NCBI GenBank assembly: GCA_015660865.1
Contig: JACTUA010000004.1
Location: forward strand, 20,111-84,110
Origin: Methanomicrobiales archaeon
Lineage (GTDB): Archaea > Halobacteriota > Methanomicrobia > Methanomicrobiales > JACTUA01
Direction of reading: 5' to 3'
DNA: 64,000 nt
Shown: piece by piece, positions 47,648 through 56,510 of the stretch
How positions within the stretch are numbered: position 1 is the first letter of the stretch
How the letters are laid out: each line of letters starts with the position of its first letter
Position numbers and translations under genes: made by a program
The notes under the pieces: generated by a model
What the model was told of the DNA's origin: nothing
Seen by the model: only the letters and a program-made list of their open reading frames with translations
The model's database searches: none

Positions 47648-48814
47648 ATGAGGGAATACGGCTCAGCGAGGGCACGTGCGATCCCGCCCTCGGGGATACG
47701 GCGGTTCTTCGACCTCCTCCTCACCATGGAGGATGTCATTTCCCTGGGCGTCGGGGAGCCTGACTTCGAGACGCCCTGGAACGTGGCCGAGGCAGGGATC
47801 TATGCAATCGAGCAGGGCCACACCTCCTATACCTCGAATAAGGGCCTCCTCTCCCTCCGCCAGGCCGTGGCGAGGGACCTCTCCATGCGGTACGGGATCT
47901 CTTATGATCCCGAAGAGGAGATCGTGATCACGAGCGGGGTCTCCGAGGCAGCCGATATCGCCATCCGCGCACTCGTGGACCCTGGCGACGAGGTCCTGGT
48001 GGCCGAGCCGTCCTATGTCTCCTACTCCCCCTGTGTCACCCTGGCGGGTGGCAGACCTGTACCGGTCTCCTGCCATGAAAAGGACGAGTTTAGGCTCACG
48101 CCCGAAGGCCTGATGGAGAAGGTCACCCGGAAGAGCCGTGTCCTTGTCATGAACTTCCCCAACAATCCCACGGGAGGCATCATGGGGACCGATGAGATCA
48201 ACGCCATTGCTGAAGTGGTCGTGGACCATGATCTCTTGGTCATCTCCGATGAGGTCTACTCCGAGCTCACCTACGAGGGGACCCATGTCGCGGTCGCATC
48301 CCACCCGGAGCTCTGGGACCGGACCATCACCATGAACGGGTTCTCCAAGGCCTACGCGATGACCGGCTGGAGGATCGGCTATCTCTGTGCACCGAAACAG
48401 ATCTCCGAGCTGGCCCTGAAGATCCACCAGTACGTGATGCTCTGCGCACCCATCATGGGCCAGATGGCCGCTATCGAGGCCCTGAGGAACGGGGAGGAGG
48501 AGAAGAACGCCATGGTCAGGGAGTACCGGCACAGGCGCAACTTCTTCGTGGAGGGGCTGAACAGGATCGGGCTCACCTGCCACCTGCCCAGGGGAGCATT
48601 CTATGCGTTCCCCTCCGTGGCTTCCACCGGGCTCTCGGACCTGGAGTTTGCCGAACGTCTCCTCACCGAGAAGCAGGTGGCTGTCGTCCCCGGGTCCGTC
48701 TTCGGCGAGACCGGGAGGGATCACCTCCGGTGCGCCTATGCGGTCTCGAGGGAGGACCTGGGCACGGCCCTCAAGCGCATGGAAGAGTTCCTCTCCGGGC
48801 TCAGCCGGGAATAA
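47648..48814 (+). CDS. Class I/II pyridoxal-phosphate aminotransferase (aspartate aminotransferase-like)
   Basis: 388 aa with NFPNNPTG and the PLP-lysine context NGFSKAYAMTGWRIGY. Confidence 0.9.
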   Translation: MREYGSARARAIPPSGIRRFFDLLLTMEDVISLGVGEPDFETPWNVAEAGIYAIEQGHTSYTSNKGLLSLRQAVARDLSMRYGISYDPEEEIVITSGVSEAADIAIRALVDPGDEVLVAEPSYVSYSPCVTLAGGRPVPVSCHEKDEFRLTPEGLMEKVTRKSRVLVMNFPNNPTGGIMGTDEINAIAEVVVDHDLLVISDEVYSELTYEGTHVAVASHPELWDRTITMNGFSKAYAMTGWRIGYLCAPKQISELALKIHQYVMLCAPIMGQMAAIEALRNGEEEKNAMVREYRHRRNFFVEGLNRIGLTCHLPRGAFYAFPSVASTGLSDLEFAERLLTEKQVAVVPGSVFGETGRDHLRCAYAVSREDLGTALKRMEEFLSGLSRE

Positions 48815-48990
48815 GCTATCCTCCCGAGGGACCCTGAACGGAAACCCCTCTAACCCCTTTATCTCCATTGGAGCGCATGGAACCACCGGAACGGGTATCC
48901 GGGTATTTTTATTCGGTCTCTTATTCAAGTTCAGGTGAAGGTAGGGCCAGAAAAGATCGGAAATCCATGTTTCAAAATTTGAAAGAAAAA

Positions 48991-49002
48991 GAAAGTATAT
49001 AT
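48991..49002 (+). promoter_or_regulatory. BRE/TATA-like box GAAAGTATATAT upstream of repeat R2
   Basis: An identical 12-mer occurs at 49171-49182. It ends about 27-30 nt before the repeat. AAAGTATAT also precedes tRNA-iMet. Confidence 0.4.
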
Positions 49003-49170
49003 GGTATAACTCAAAATGGCCCGTGAACCAACCCCTTTATTTCCATTGGAGCACATGGAGCCACCGGAAAGGGTATCCGGGGACAGGACATCGGGATCTC
49101 CCTTGCGATTACGCCGGAAATTGGACCCGAAAAGGGCGAATCGACCCGTTATGGGATCCCTGTGAAAGGG

Positions 49171-49182
49171 GAAAGTATATAT
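49171..49182 (+). promoter_or_regulatory. BRE/TATA-like box GAAAGTATATAT upstream of repeat R3
   Basis: See 48991-49002. Confidence 0.4.
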
Positions 49183-49671
49183 TCTCCCACAAAAAATCGG
49201 CATAATTACCCCTTTATTTCCATTGGAGCGTATGGAGGCACCGGATCGGATATCCGGGGACATTTCTTGGGATCTCCTCTCTCTACCGGCGGTGGAATGG
49301 GCCCTGAGATTCGGACCCGCCATGTTGTGCAACAGTATCTAGGGAACAGGGAGAACCGGGGAGATCGACTTCGGACATCCGGCCCGCGTTCCCCTGGCCG
49401 GGTGTTTTCCATGTTCCAGAGGAAGAAGGGGCCAGGAGAGAGAAACCGGGTTCGATCATGCGGGGAAATACCGCCGCGCCAGGGGGGCCAACCCCATTAT
49501 TTCCTGTGGAGTTCGGGATAGGAATGGACTCGTTTTTCCTTGATATGGCAGGAATTTTTTTATCTATCTTCCGCCATCTCATCGGGGAAAGGGGGATCCT
49601 TCGGGGCTGGTTCAGGAGGATCTATGGGGGGAAGGACGAGGGTTTAATACGGGGGAAAGTTCCGGCTTTAA

Positions 49672-50796
49672 ATGCAGGAAGGATCTTCCATGACCGCAGA
49701 TGTGTTCTTCGCAGGGCTCCGGGCGAGGGGGGACGCGGAGAGCAGGATCGCAAAGATCCGGAGGCTCTTCACCGCAGCGGGGATCGACGGGTGCATCCGG
49801 GAACGGGATCTCTGCGCCATCAAGGTCCACTTCGGGGAGCGCGGGTGCGACACCCACGTGAACCCGGTGTATGTCCGCCAGGTAGTCGACATGGTCCGTG
49901 CAGAGGGCGGCCGGCCGTTTCTCACCGATACCGCCACCCTCTACTCGGGGAGCAGGTCGAATGCCGTGGACCATATCGCCACGGCGATCGGGCATGGGTT
50001 CGACTACTCGGTGGTCGGGGCCCCCATCATCATCGCCGACGGGTTGAGGAGCGGGCACGCCGTGGAGGTGAAGGCAGGGAGGAAGCACTTCGACCGGGTC
50101 TTCATCGCGGGCGATATCGCCCAGGCCGACAGCATGGTGGTCATCTCCCACTTCAAGGGGCACATGCTCGCTGGCTTCGGGGGGGCCATCAAGAACCTGG
50201 CCATGGGATGTGCCCCTGCGAGGGGCAAGCGAGAGGAGCACCGGGCCCACACGATGGTGGTAGAGGAAAGGTGCCGCGGGTGCGGGAACTGCGTTGAAGT
50301 CTGTCCTGCGGGGGCACTCTCCCTGGAACGCGAGAAGGTTCAGCTGGACCGGGAGCGGTGCATCGGCTGCGGGGAGTGCATGACCGTCTGCCTCCAGTCG
50401 GCGATAGAGTTCGACTGGATGGTGGATATCCCCCCATTCGTCGAACGGATGGTGGAGTATGCCTGCGGGGCCCTCGAAGGGAAGCGTGACCGGGCCGGGT
50501 TCTTCAACTTTCTCCTCTCCATCACGCCGGACTGCGACTGCGTCCCCTGGTCCGACGCCCCCATTGTCCCGGACATCGGGATCCTGGCATCCCTGGACCC
50601 GGTAGCGATCGATGCCGCGAGCCTGGATCTCGTGAACAAACAGGCCGGGCTTGCCGGGTCCCTCCTCCAGTCCCACCGAAGGCCGGGCGAGGACAAGTTT
50701 GGGGGGGTCTGGCCGCATACCGATGGTTCCCTCCAGCTCTCCTATGCCGAGGAGTGCGGACTCGGGGAGAGAGCCTACCGGCTCGTGGAGATCTGA
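49672..50796 (+). CDS. DUF362 domain protein with inserted 2x[4Fe-4S] ferredoxin domain
   Basis: 374 aa with two CxxCxxCxxxCP motifs (CRGCGNCVEVCP, CIGCGECMTVC) inside a DUF362-like frame. The start may instead be the ATG at 49690. Confidence 0.78.
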   Translation: MQEGSSMTADVFFAGLRARGDAESRIAKIRRLFTAAGIDGCIRERDLCAIKVHFGERGCDTHVNPVYVRQVVDMVRAEGGRPFLTDTATLYSGSRSNAVDHIATAIGHGFDYSVVGAPIIIADGLRSGHAVEVKAGRKHFDRVFIAGDIAQADSMVVISHFKGHMLAGFGGAIKNLAMGCAPARGKREEHRAHTMVVEERCRGCGNCVEVCPAGALSLEREKVQLDRERCIGCGECMTVCLQSAIEFDWMVDIPPFVERMVEYACGALEGKRDRAGFFNFLLSITPDCDCVPWSDAPIVPDIGILASLDPVAIDAASLDLVNKQAGLAGSLLQSHRRPGEDKFGGVWPHTDGSLQLSYAEECGLGERAYRLVEI

Positions 50797-50833
50797 CACG
50801 GTTTCGAGGACCTGCGGACCATGAACCCGATGA

Positions 50834-51718
50834 TTGCTGAGCGGATACCGGGGTGAGATCATCAGGAAGAGTAAAGGGGAGGAACCGGGCCCTGGTCTTG
50901 AAGTCAATCGCATCCACCGTGTCGATTGCCTGGAAGGCCTCAGGGCCCTGGGGGCCGGAGTGGTGGACGTCGTTGTTACCTCCCCTCCCTACAACATCGG
51001 CATCGGCTACCATCTCTACCATGACCGCCGGAGCCGGGAGGAGTACCTCGGGTGGATGGGGGAGGTCGCCCGGCTCTCGAAGAGTGCCATGGGGGACCAG
51101 GGCTCCTTCTTCCTCAACGTCGGCGGGACGGTAACGGACCCCTGGATCCCCCTGGACGTCGCCACGGTCTTCAGGGAGCACTTCGTCCTCCAGAATATGA
51201 TCCACTGGGTGAAGTCCATCGCCATCCCCCGCGGCTCCATGGGGAAGTACCCCCACATCGGGGGGGATATTGCCGTCGGGCACTACAAGCCCATCAACAG
51301 CAGGCGGTACCACCACGACTGCCACGAGTTCATCTTCCACTTCACCAAGTGCGGGGATGTCGGGCTGGACAAGCTCGCCATCGGGGTGCCGTATCAGGAC
51401 AAGTCCAACGTGACGAGGTGGAAGGGCGTGCGGGGGGATCTCCGCGACAGGGGAAACACCTGGTTCATCCCCTACGAGACCATCCGGACGGCCCGCCCCC
51501 ACCCGAGCGCCTATCCTATCGGCCTCCCAGAGATGTGCATCCGGGACCATGGGGTAGAAAGTACACGCCTGGTACTCGACCCCTTCATGGGGATCGGGGC
51601 CACGGCTGTTGCCTGCGTGAGGCTCGGGGTGCCCTTCATCGGGTTCGAGATCGACCCCGAGTACATCGCAATCGCCGAGGAGAGGATCGCGGCCGAGAAG
51701 GGAGAGGGGCGCAATTGA
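50834..51718 (+). CDS. Beta-class DNA methyltransferase (SPPY motif IV before FxGxG motif I; N4-C/N6-A type)
   Basis: 294 aa. Motif IV is VVTSPPYN, motif I is [12 protein letters not shown], and there is a C-terminal [10 protein letters not shown]. The frame has no in-frame ATG near the N-terminus, so the TTG at 50834 was used. Confidence 0.78.
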   Translation: MLSGYRGEIIRKSKGEEPGPGLEVNRIHRVDCLEGLRALGAGVVDVVVTSPPYNIGIGYHLYHDRRSREEYLGWMGEVARLSKSAMGDQGSFFLNVGGTVTDPWIPLDVATVFREHFVLQNMIHWVKSIAIPRGSMGKYPHIGGDIAVGHYKPINSRRYHHDCHEFIFHFTKCGDVGLDKLAIGVPYQDKSNVTRWKGVRGDLRDRGNTWFIPYETIRTARPHPSAYPIGLPEMCIRDHGVESTRLVLDPFMGIGATAVACVRLGVPFIGFEIDPEYIAIAEERIAAEKGEGRN

Positions 51719-51864
51719 AGCCGGAATAGCTGTTTTCGTTATCGCCTGCCCTCTCTCTCTCTCCTTGTCATCATCGCTGCGGCCTTCCTGGATGGTTCCC
51801 GGAGGAAGATGCCCGGTCAGCACCGGTAAAGAAACTATTTTTATTCCCATGGGAACGTTTGTAT

Positions 51865-52203
51865 ATGGATCTGGCTGGGGAGAAGTGTGCCCCCATCGAG
51901 CCCGGAACACCCCCCCTCACAAGGCGGGAACAGCTCTCCCTCTCAAAGAAAGTACCGGACTGGACCCTCGAGGGTACCCGCCTCGTCCAGAAGTTCACCT
52001 GCAGGAACTTCATCGAGGCTGTGAAGTTCCTCAACAATATCTCGGTCATCGCCGCCGAGGAGATGCACTACCCCGAGATGTGTATCACCGGGCAGCGCCA
52101 TGTCACGGTGTCCCTGTATACCCACGCGAGCGGCGGGCTGACCAGGAACGACTTCATCCTCGCCGCAAAGATCACGGAGAAGTGGAAGGAGAGGCCGGAT
52201 TAA
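51865..52203 (+). CDS. Pterin-4-alpha-carbinolamine dehydratase
   Basis: PCD-like (W...F.F.NF..A..F.N.V...AE...HHP-type pattern, here AEEMHYPE). The ATG at 51865 lies about 25 nt downstream of the TATA-like CTATTTTTATT (51835-51845); the track start at 51859 is TTG. Confidence 0.82.
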   Translation: MDLAGEKCAPIEPGTPPLTRREQLSLSKKVPDWTLEGTRLVQKFTCRNFIEAVKFLNNISVIAAEEMHYPEMCITGQRHVTVSLYTHASGGLTRNDFILAAKITEKWKERPD

Positions 52204-52318
52204 CCCGGCACGGGTCAACCCTGCGGGGTCAACCCTGTACGGCTCACGCCGACGCGGGTAACCCCTGACGGGCTAACCCGCACTGGTTAATCCTCGGGTG
52301 AACCCTCGGATTACCCCG
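52201..52318. repeat. Degenerate ~13-nt tandem repeat (about 9 units, core GGGTnAACCC)
   Basis: Units are gggtcaaccctgc, ggggtcaaccctgta, gcgggtaacccctgac, gggctaacccgcac, tggttaatcctc, gggtgaaccctc and ggattaccccgtc. They lie between the convergent PCD and thioredoxin genes. Confidence 0.65.
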
Positions 52319-52748
52319 TCATCCCGAAGGTGCGCAGGATCCGGTCCCGGAGCATCTGCTTCGGGTAGGCCCCGATTACCTTCTCCACGAGCTTCCCCCG
52401 GGCAAAGAGGAGGATGGTGGGGATGGCGGTGATCCCATAGCTCATGGCTATCTTCTGGTTCTCATCGGTGTTTACCTTGCCAAAGCTGATCTTCCCTGCA
52501 AACTCGGCCGATAGCTCCTGGATGACCGGTGCAACCATCCTGCATGGACCGCACCAGGGTGCCCACAGGTCCACCACCAGGTACGGGTGGTCCCGAACAG
52601 CCGCAGGAAACTGCCGCTCGTCGAGGACGAGCACCTGCCCCTCCGGCTTCGCTGCGGGCTTCTCGGTAAAACCCCGCTTCAGTTCCTCGAGCTTCTTCTC
52701 CCGTATCTTCTGGAGATCATCATCCATGGGGAAGAGTATAGGCTCCAT
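52311..52748 (-). CDS. trxA: Thioredoxin
   Basis: 145 aa with the active site WAPWCGPC. Confidence 0.9.
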   Translation of the reverse strand: MEPILFPMDDDLQKIREKKLEELKRGFTEKPAAKPEGQVLVLDERQFPAAVRDHPYLVVDLWAPWCGPCRMVAPVIQELSAEFAGKISFGKVNTDENQKIAMSYGITAIPTILLFARGKLVEKVIGAYPKQMLRDRILRTFGMTG

Positions 52749-52827
52749 GCATATTTATCCCTGGTGAGCCGGGCGCTATCGGAGAGCAGCCCTCCCGATC
52801 CCCTCGGTCTCCCGAAGGAACGCAGCA

Positions 52828-52836
52828 AAGTATATC
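52828..52836 (+). promoter_or_regulatory. BRE/TATA-like box AAAGTATAT upstream of tRNA-iMet
   Basis: It lies about 35-40 nt upstream of the mature tRNA 5' end, consistent with a short processed leader. Confidence 0.4.
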
Positions 52837-52871
52837 TCGAATCATCAAGAATAGTATGGTGCCTTTCTGGA

Positions 52872-52946
52872 AGCGAGGTGGGGTAGTCAGGATATCCCGA
52901 CGGGCTCATAACCCGTAGATCGATGGTTCAAATCCATCCCTCGCTA
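52872..52946 (+). tRNA. Initiator tRNA-Met (anticodon CAT)
   Basis: A1:U72 acceptor (AGCGAGG/CCTCGCT), three consecutive G:C pairs in the anticodon stem (ACGGG-CTCATAA-CCCGT) and T-loop TTCAAAT are archaeal initiator hallmarks. Confidence 0.9.
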
Positions 52947-52971
52947 TGTTTACTCGGGGGCTCCCCGCGAC

Positions 52972-54408
52972 TCATGCAGCGGTCTTGTCCGGGGGGAATG
53001 ACCCGAGCTTGGCCTGATAGCTCCCGATCACGAAATCGATGTTCCGGGAAAGGCACGATTCGCCCTCGATGGATAGGGGGTATTTCCCCGTAAGGCATCC
53101 GGTGCAGAGGTTCTCCCGGTCGATCCCGATGGCCTTCACCAGGGCCTCCAGGGAGACGTGGTGGAGGCTCGTCGCCGCGATGGAATCCTTCACCTCGTCC
53201 ACCGGCCTCGTACTCGCGATGAGCTCCTCCCGGGTGGGCATGTCCACGCCCAGGTAGCACGGGGCGATGATCTGGGGGGACCCGATCCGGACATGGACCT
53301 CGGCTGCACCGCTCTCCTTCATCATCCCAACGATGCGCCGGGAAGTTGTCCCCCTGACGATGCTGTCATCCACGAGGACGACCTTTTTCCCCTTGATGTG
53401 GCCGATGATCGGGTTGAGCTTGAGCCGCACCGCCCGCTCCCGCTCCTCGCGGGAGGGCTTGATGAAGGTCCTCCCCGTGTACCGGTTCTTCATGAGGGCC
53501 TCAAGGTAGGGGATGCCGGAGTGGTGGGCGAATCCTACGGCGACGGAGGTCCCCGAGTCAGGGACGGGCGAGACGAGATCCGCCTTCACCGGGGCCTCGT
53601 CATAGAGGGAGGCGCCGATCTTTCTCCGGATGTCGTAGACGAGCTTTCCCTCGATGACGGAGTCTGCACGGGCGAAGTAGATGTACTCGAAGATGCAGTG
53701 CGCACGCCGGTCCGCTACCGCGATCTGCATGGCCTCGAAGCCCTTCTCCGTGATCCGAAAGAGTTCCCCGGGCTGCACGTCACGGATGAGCGTACCCCCC
53801 AGGGTATCGATCGCAACGCTCTCCGAGGCGACCATGAACCCTTTCTCGGTGGTCCCGATGCAGAGGGGCTTGATCCCGACGGGGTCCCGGAAGGCATAGA
53901 TGATCCCGTCGAGCATCAGGATCACGGAGTACGATCCCCGGAGCACGTGCATGCAATGGATGATGGCCTCCTCGATCTTTCCCGATCGCCGGAACTCGTC
54001 GACGATAGTGGAGGCAACGACCTCGGTATCGGTGGTGGTGGAGAAGATCTCGCCCTGCAGTTCGAACTCGGTGCGGAGGTCCGCCGCGTTCACCAGGTTC
54101 CCGTTGTAGGCGATGGCGAAGTGGTGGTCCTGGAACCGGAAATTGAACGGCTGGGTGTTCTCTGGGAGGTTCGCCCCCGTGGTGGGATACCGGACATGCC
54201 CGACCCCGACATGCCCCTTCAACTCCTTGAGGTTCTGCTCGGAAAAGACTTCGGAGACAAGGCCCATGCCCTTGTACTTGTAAAAAGAGGACCCGTCCCA
54301 GGTCGAGATACCGGCGCTCTCCTGGCCCCGGTGCTGGAGGGCGAAAAGGGCGTAGTAAAGGGAATGTGATACACCGCCAGCATCAACGATGCCAACGATC
54401 CCGCACAT
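52972..54408 (-). CDS. purF: Amidophosphoribosyltransferase
   Basis: 478 aa with N-terminal MCGIVGI and a PRPP-binding motif VVLVDDSIVRGTT. Confidence 0.95.
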   Translation of the reverse strand: MCGIVGIVDAGGVSHSLYYALFALQHRGQESAGISTWDGSSFYKYKGMGLVSEVFSEQNLKELKGHVGVGHVRYPTTGANLPENTQPFNFRFQDHHFAIAYNGNLVNAADLRTEFELQGEIFSTTTDTEVVASTIVDEFRRSGKIEEAIIHCMHVLRGSYSVILMLDGIIYAFRDPVGIKPLCIGTTEKGFMVASESVAIDTLGGTLIRDVQPGELFRITEKGFEAMQIAVADRRAHCIFEYIYFARADSVIEGKLVYDIRRKIGASLYDEAPVKADLVSPVPDSGTSVAVGFAHHSGIPYLEALMKNRYTGRTFIKPSREERERAVRLKLNPIIGHIKGKKVVLVDDSIVRGTTSRRIVGMMKESGAAEVHVRIGSPQIIAPCYLGVDMPTREELIASTRPVDEVKDSIAATSLHHVSLEALVKAIGIDRENLCTGCLTGKYPLSIEGESCLSRNIDFVIGSYQAKLGSFPPDKTAA

Positions 54409-54414
54409 ACCCCT

Positions 54415-54597
54415 CTAATGAGTAGGAATCTTCGGTTTCTTGGTCATCCACCGGTAGCCACGGAGCCGGGCCGATCGCCCGAAACCGCAGGATGAGCAGG
54501 TCTTGTGCCGGACATGGTATGAGATACTCCCGCACCGCCTGCATGCGATATGTACCTTGTGCTGCCTCTTCCCTTTTGAGGGCGTTCCCTTTGTCAT
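54415..54597 (-). CDS. rpl37e: 50S ribosomal protein L37e
   Basis: 60 aa with [11 protein letters not shown] and Zn-ribbon CRRCG...CSSCG. Confidence 0.9.
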   Translation of the reverse strand: MTKGTPSKGKRQHKVHIACRRCGSISYHVRHKTCSSCGFGRSARLRGYRWMTKKPKIPTH

Positions 54598-54616
54598 GGA
54601 TAAACCTCTCTCTCCT

Positions 54617-54844
54617 TTACCCCACGATGGGTGAGATATAGATCACGTTGTCCCCGCGTACGATGAGGGTGCCGAGCTTCCGGACCTCCCCGCCTGCCTC
54701 CTCCTCGGCCTTGTCCAGCACCAGGTTCATGTGGACATCGTAGCCCTGGAGGATGCCCCGGATCTCCCGCCTCCCTTTCAGGGAGACGATAACCGGCTGG
54801 CGGTTGAGCGCCTGATCGAGTATCTCCATCGGTCTCTTGGTCAT
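54617..54844 (-). CDS. Sm-like archaeal protein (LSm/SmAP)
   Basis: 75 aa with Sm1/Sm2 motifs ([26 protein letters not shown]...[10 protein letters not shown]). Confidence 0.9.
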   Translation of the reverse strand: MTKRPMEILDQALNRQPVIVSLKGRREIRGILQGYDVHMNLVLDKAEEEAGGEVRKLGTLIVRGDNVIYISPIVG

Positions 54845-54960
54845 AAAAATTCCCTGGACAATCGCTTGTTGGGGTACTCATAGTGCGCAAGGAAGATAGA
54901 TAAATATAACGAGGATGCGTATTACCCGGTACTCGCGCCTCCGGGGCGAAGGAACGGGGA

Positions 54961-55458
54961 ATGGCGGCTCTTACGGTGAAGAAACGGCATACGATCCGGA
55001 AGGATGAGCTCACCGAACTCTTTACCCTCCTCGAGAAGGAGATCGGCCCCTCTGCGGCGAAGTTCCGCTCAGACCGGGTGGAGATGGCAGAGATCGATTC
55101 GCCCTTCAACCTCTACCTCGTAGACAAGAAACCCCTCCTGATAAAGACCGACGAGTGGGCCTTCCCAACCGTCCGCGGGGCCATCGAGCGGCCGTTCCCC
55201 GAGCGGACCATCGTCGTTGACATGGGGGCCATTCCCTATATCGTCAAGGGTGCAGACGTGATGCGGCCGGGCATCGTCTCGGTCACCCCCGACGTGCGGA
55301 AAGGATCCCCGGCCTTGATTGTCGATGAGCGGCACAAAAAGGCACTCGCCGTCGTGATAGCCCTCGTCGACGGCCCGGCGATCTGCGGGGAGACGAAGGG
55401 GAAGATGGCAAAGACCATCCACCATGTCGGGGACGCCCTCTGGACCCTGGAACTGTGA
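54961..55458 (+). CDS. PUA-domain RNA-binding protein (MCT-1/Tma20-like)
   Basis: 165 aa with a C-terminal PUA pattern (GAIPYIVKGADVMRPGI...ALAVVIAL). Confidence 0.78.
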   Translation: MAALTVKKRHTIRKDELTELFTLLEKEIGPSAAKFRSDRVEMAEIDSPFNLYLVDKKPLLIKTDEWAFPTVRGAIERPFPERTIVVDMGAIPYIVKGADVMRPGIVSVTPDVRKGSPALIVDERHKKALAVVIALVDGPAICGETKGKMAKTIHHVGDALWTLEL

Positions 55459-55587
55459 GGAATCTGCCTTCTCCTGCCCGGTCCCCGCCATGAAGAATTG
55501 GCAGCGGACCGATCCTCCCGATCTGCCAGTCTCTCCACGGGAGAGGTAGGGAAAGGTTATAACAAAACGCGTAATAATACTCCTTCC

Positions 55588-55965
55588 ATGAGTAAACTCC
55601 TTGACAGCATCATCGGCCGGAGCCCTCCCACCGGTCAGGACGATTACATGGAGCTGGACCTCACCTCCTTCGAGGGGGCGATGACCGACCAGCCCGCCAC
55701 CATGTACGTCAAGGTGGCGACGATCGGGGACCTGAAGGACACCCCGAAGGTGAAGGAGGAGGTCTACAACGGGAACATCGTCATCATCGACATCGGCCGG
55801 CTGAAGATGGACAAGATCACGTACGAGCGGGTCCTCAAGGACCTGAAAGACGTGGCAAAGGACGTGAACGGGGATATCGTCGGCCTCGGCGACCAGCGCT
55901 ACGTGGTGATCACCCCGATGTCGGTGAAGATCGCCCGGGACAAGATCGGGGGCGGAACCACCTAG
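55588..55965 (+). CDS. sepF: Cell division protein SepF
   Basis: The ATG at 55588 gives 125 aa. NGNIVIIDIGRL...DIVGLGDQRYVVITP matches the SepF/DUF552 core. Confidence 0.78.
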   Translation: MSKLLDSIIGRSPPTGQDDYMELDLTSFEGAMTDQPATMYVKVATIGDLKDTPKVKEEVYNGNIVIIDIGRLKMDKITYERVLKDLKDVAKDVNGDIVGLGDQRYVVITPMSVKIARDKIGGGTT

Positions 55966-56510
55966 TGCAGAGTGTCGTCCAGGGCCGCTGTCCATACTGT
56001 GAACGGGAGATTCAATACCTCTACAAGACCGAAAATATCCCCTATTTTTCCGATATCCTCATCGTGAGTGCCAGGTGCGAGTGCGGCTACCGCCATGCGG
56101 ACACCATGGTCCTCGCCGACAGCGAGCCTGCCCGCTGGGAACTCCGTGTGGAGGAACCGGAGGATCTCACGGTCAGGGTGGTGCGGTCTGCCTCGGCGAG
56201 GGTGGAGATACCCGAGCTCGGGGTCGAGATCGACCCGGGCCCGGCCTGTGAAGGCTTCGTTTCCAACGTCGAGGGGGTCATCGACAGGATAGACAATGTC
56301 GTCTCCGGAGTCCTTACCTGGGCCGAGGGGGAGGAGCGGGAGAACGCCCTCGCCCTCCGCAGGCGGATAGAACTCGCGAGGGAGGGAAGCCTGTCCTTCA
56401 CCCTCTCCATCGAGGATCCCACGGGGAACTCTGCCATCGTCTCGGAGAAAGCGAAGAAGAGTGAGATTCCCGCCTGCCAGGATCAGGTGGAGAACAATCC
56501 TGAAGCTTAG
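55965..56510 (+). CDS. ZPR1-type zinc-finger protein
   Basis: 181 aa with a GTG start overlapping the sepF stop. CPYCE...CECG is followed by a ZPR1 beta-domain. Confidence 0.78.
   Translation: MQSVVQGRCPYCEREIQYLYKTENIPYFSDILIVSARCECGYRHADTMVLADSEPARWELRVEEPEDLTVRVVRSASARVEIPELGVEIDPGPACEGFVSNVEGVIDRIDNVVSGVLTWAEGEERENALALRRRIELAREGSLSFTLSIEDPTGNSAIVSEKAKKSEIPACQDQVENNPEA

Larger units (their letters stand above)
48852..49530. repeat. Array of four long ORB-bearing direct repeats (R1 48852-48903, R2 49030-49082, R3 49208-49259, partial R4 49490-49530)
   Basis: The consensus on the plus strand is AACCCCTTTATTTCCATTGGAGCGCATGGAGCCACCGGAAnGGGTATCCGGGG. On the minus strand the core reads CTCCAATGGAAATAAAGGGGT, which is ORB-like. 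C-run starts at 48854, 49032 and 49209 give spacings of 178 and 177 bp. Confidence 0.8.

Noticed and set aside
49023-49521. Track ORFs 49023-49205(+), 49162-49521(+), 48931-49332(-) and 49206-49412(-) within the ORB array.
   Set aside because: They read through repeats in frames that are not conserved between repeat copies, and their composition is non-coding. Only the short ATG frames with the shared ME(P/A)P(E/D)R(V/I)SG start are mentioned, and only as a hypothesis.
48852-49530. Possible CRISPR array (regularly spaced direct repeats).
   Set aside because: The repeats are ~52 nt with ~125-nt intervening segments. The intervening segments share homology with each other (the GAAAGTATATAT box; GGGATCTCC...GGACCCG in two of them). 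There are only 3-4 copies, no cas genes are in the window, and the repeat core is an ORB motif.
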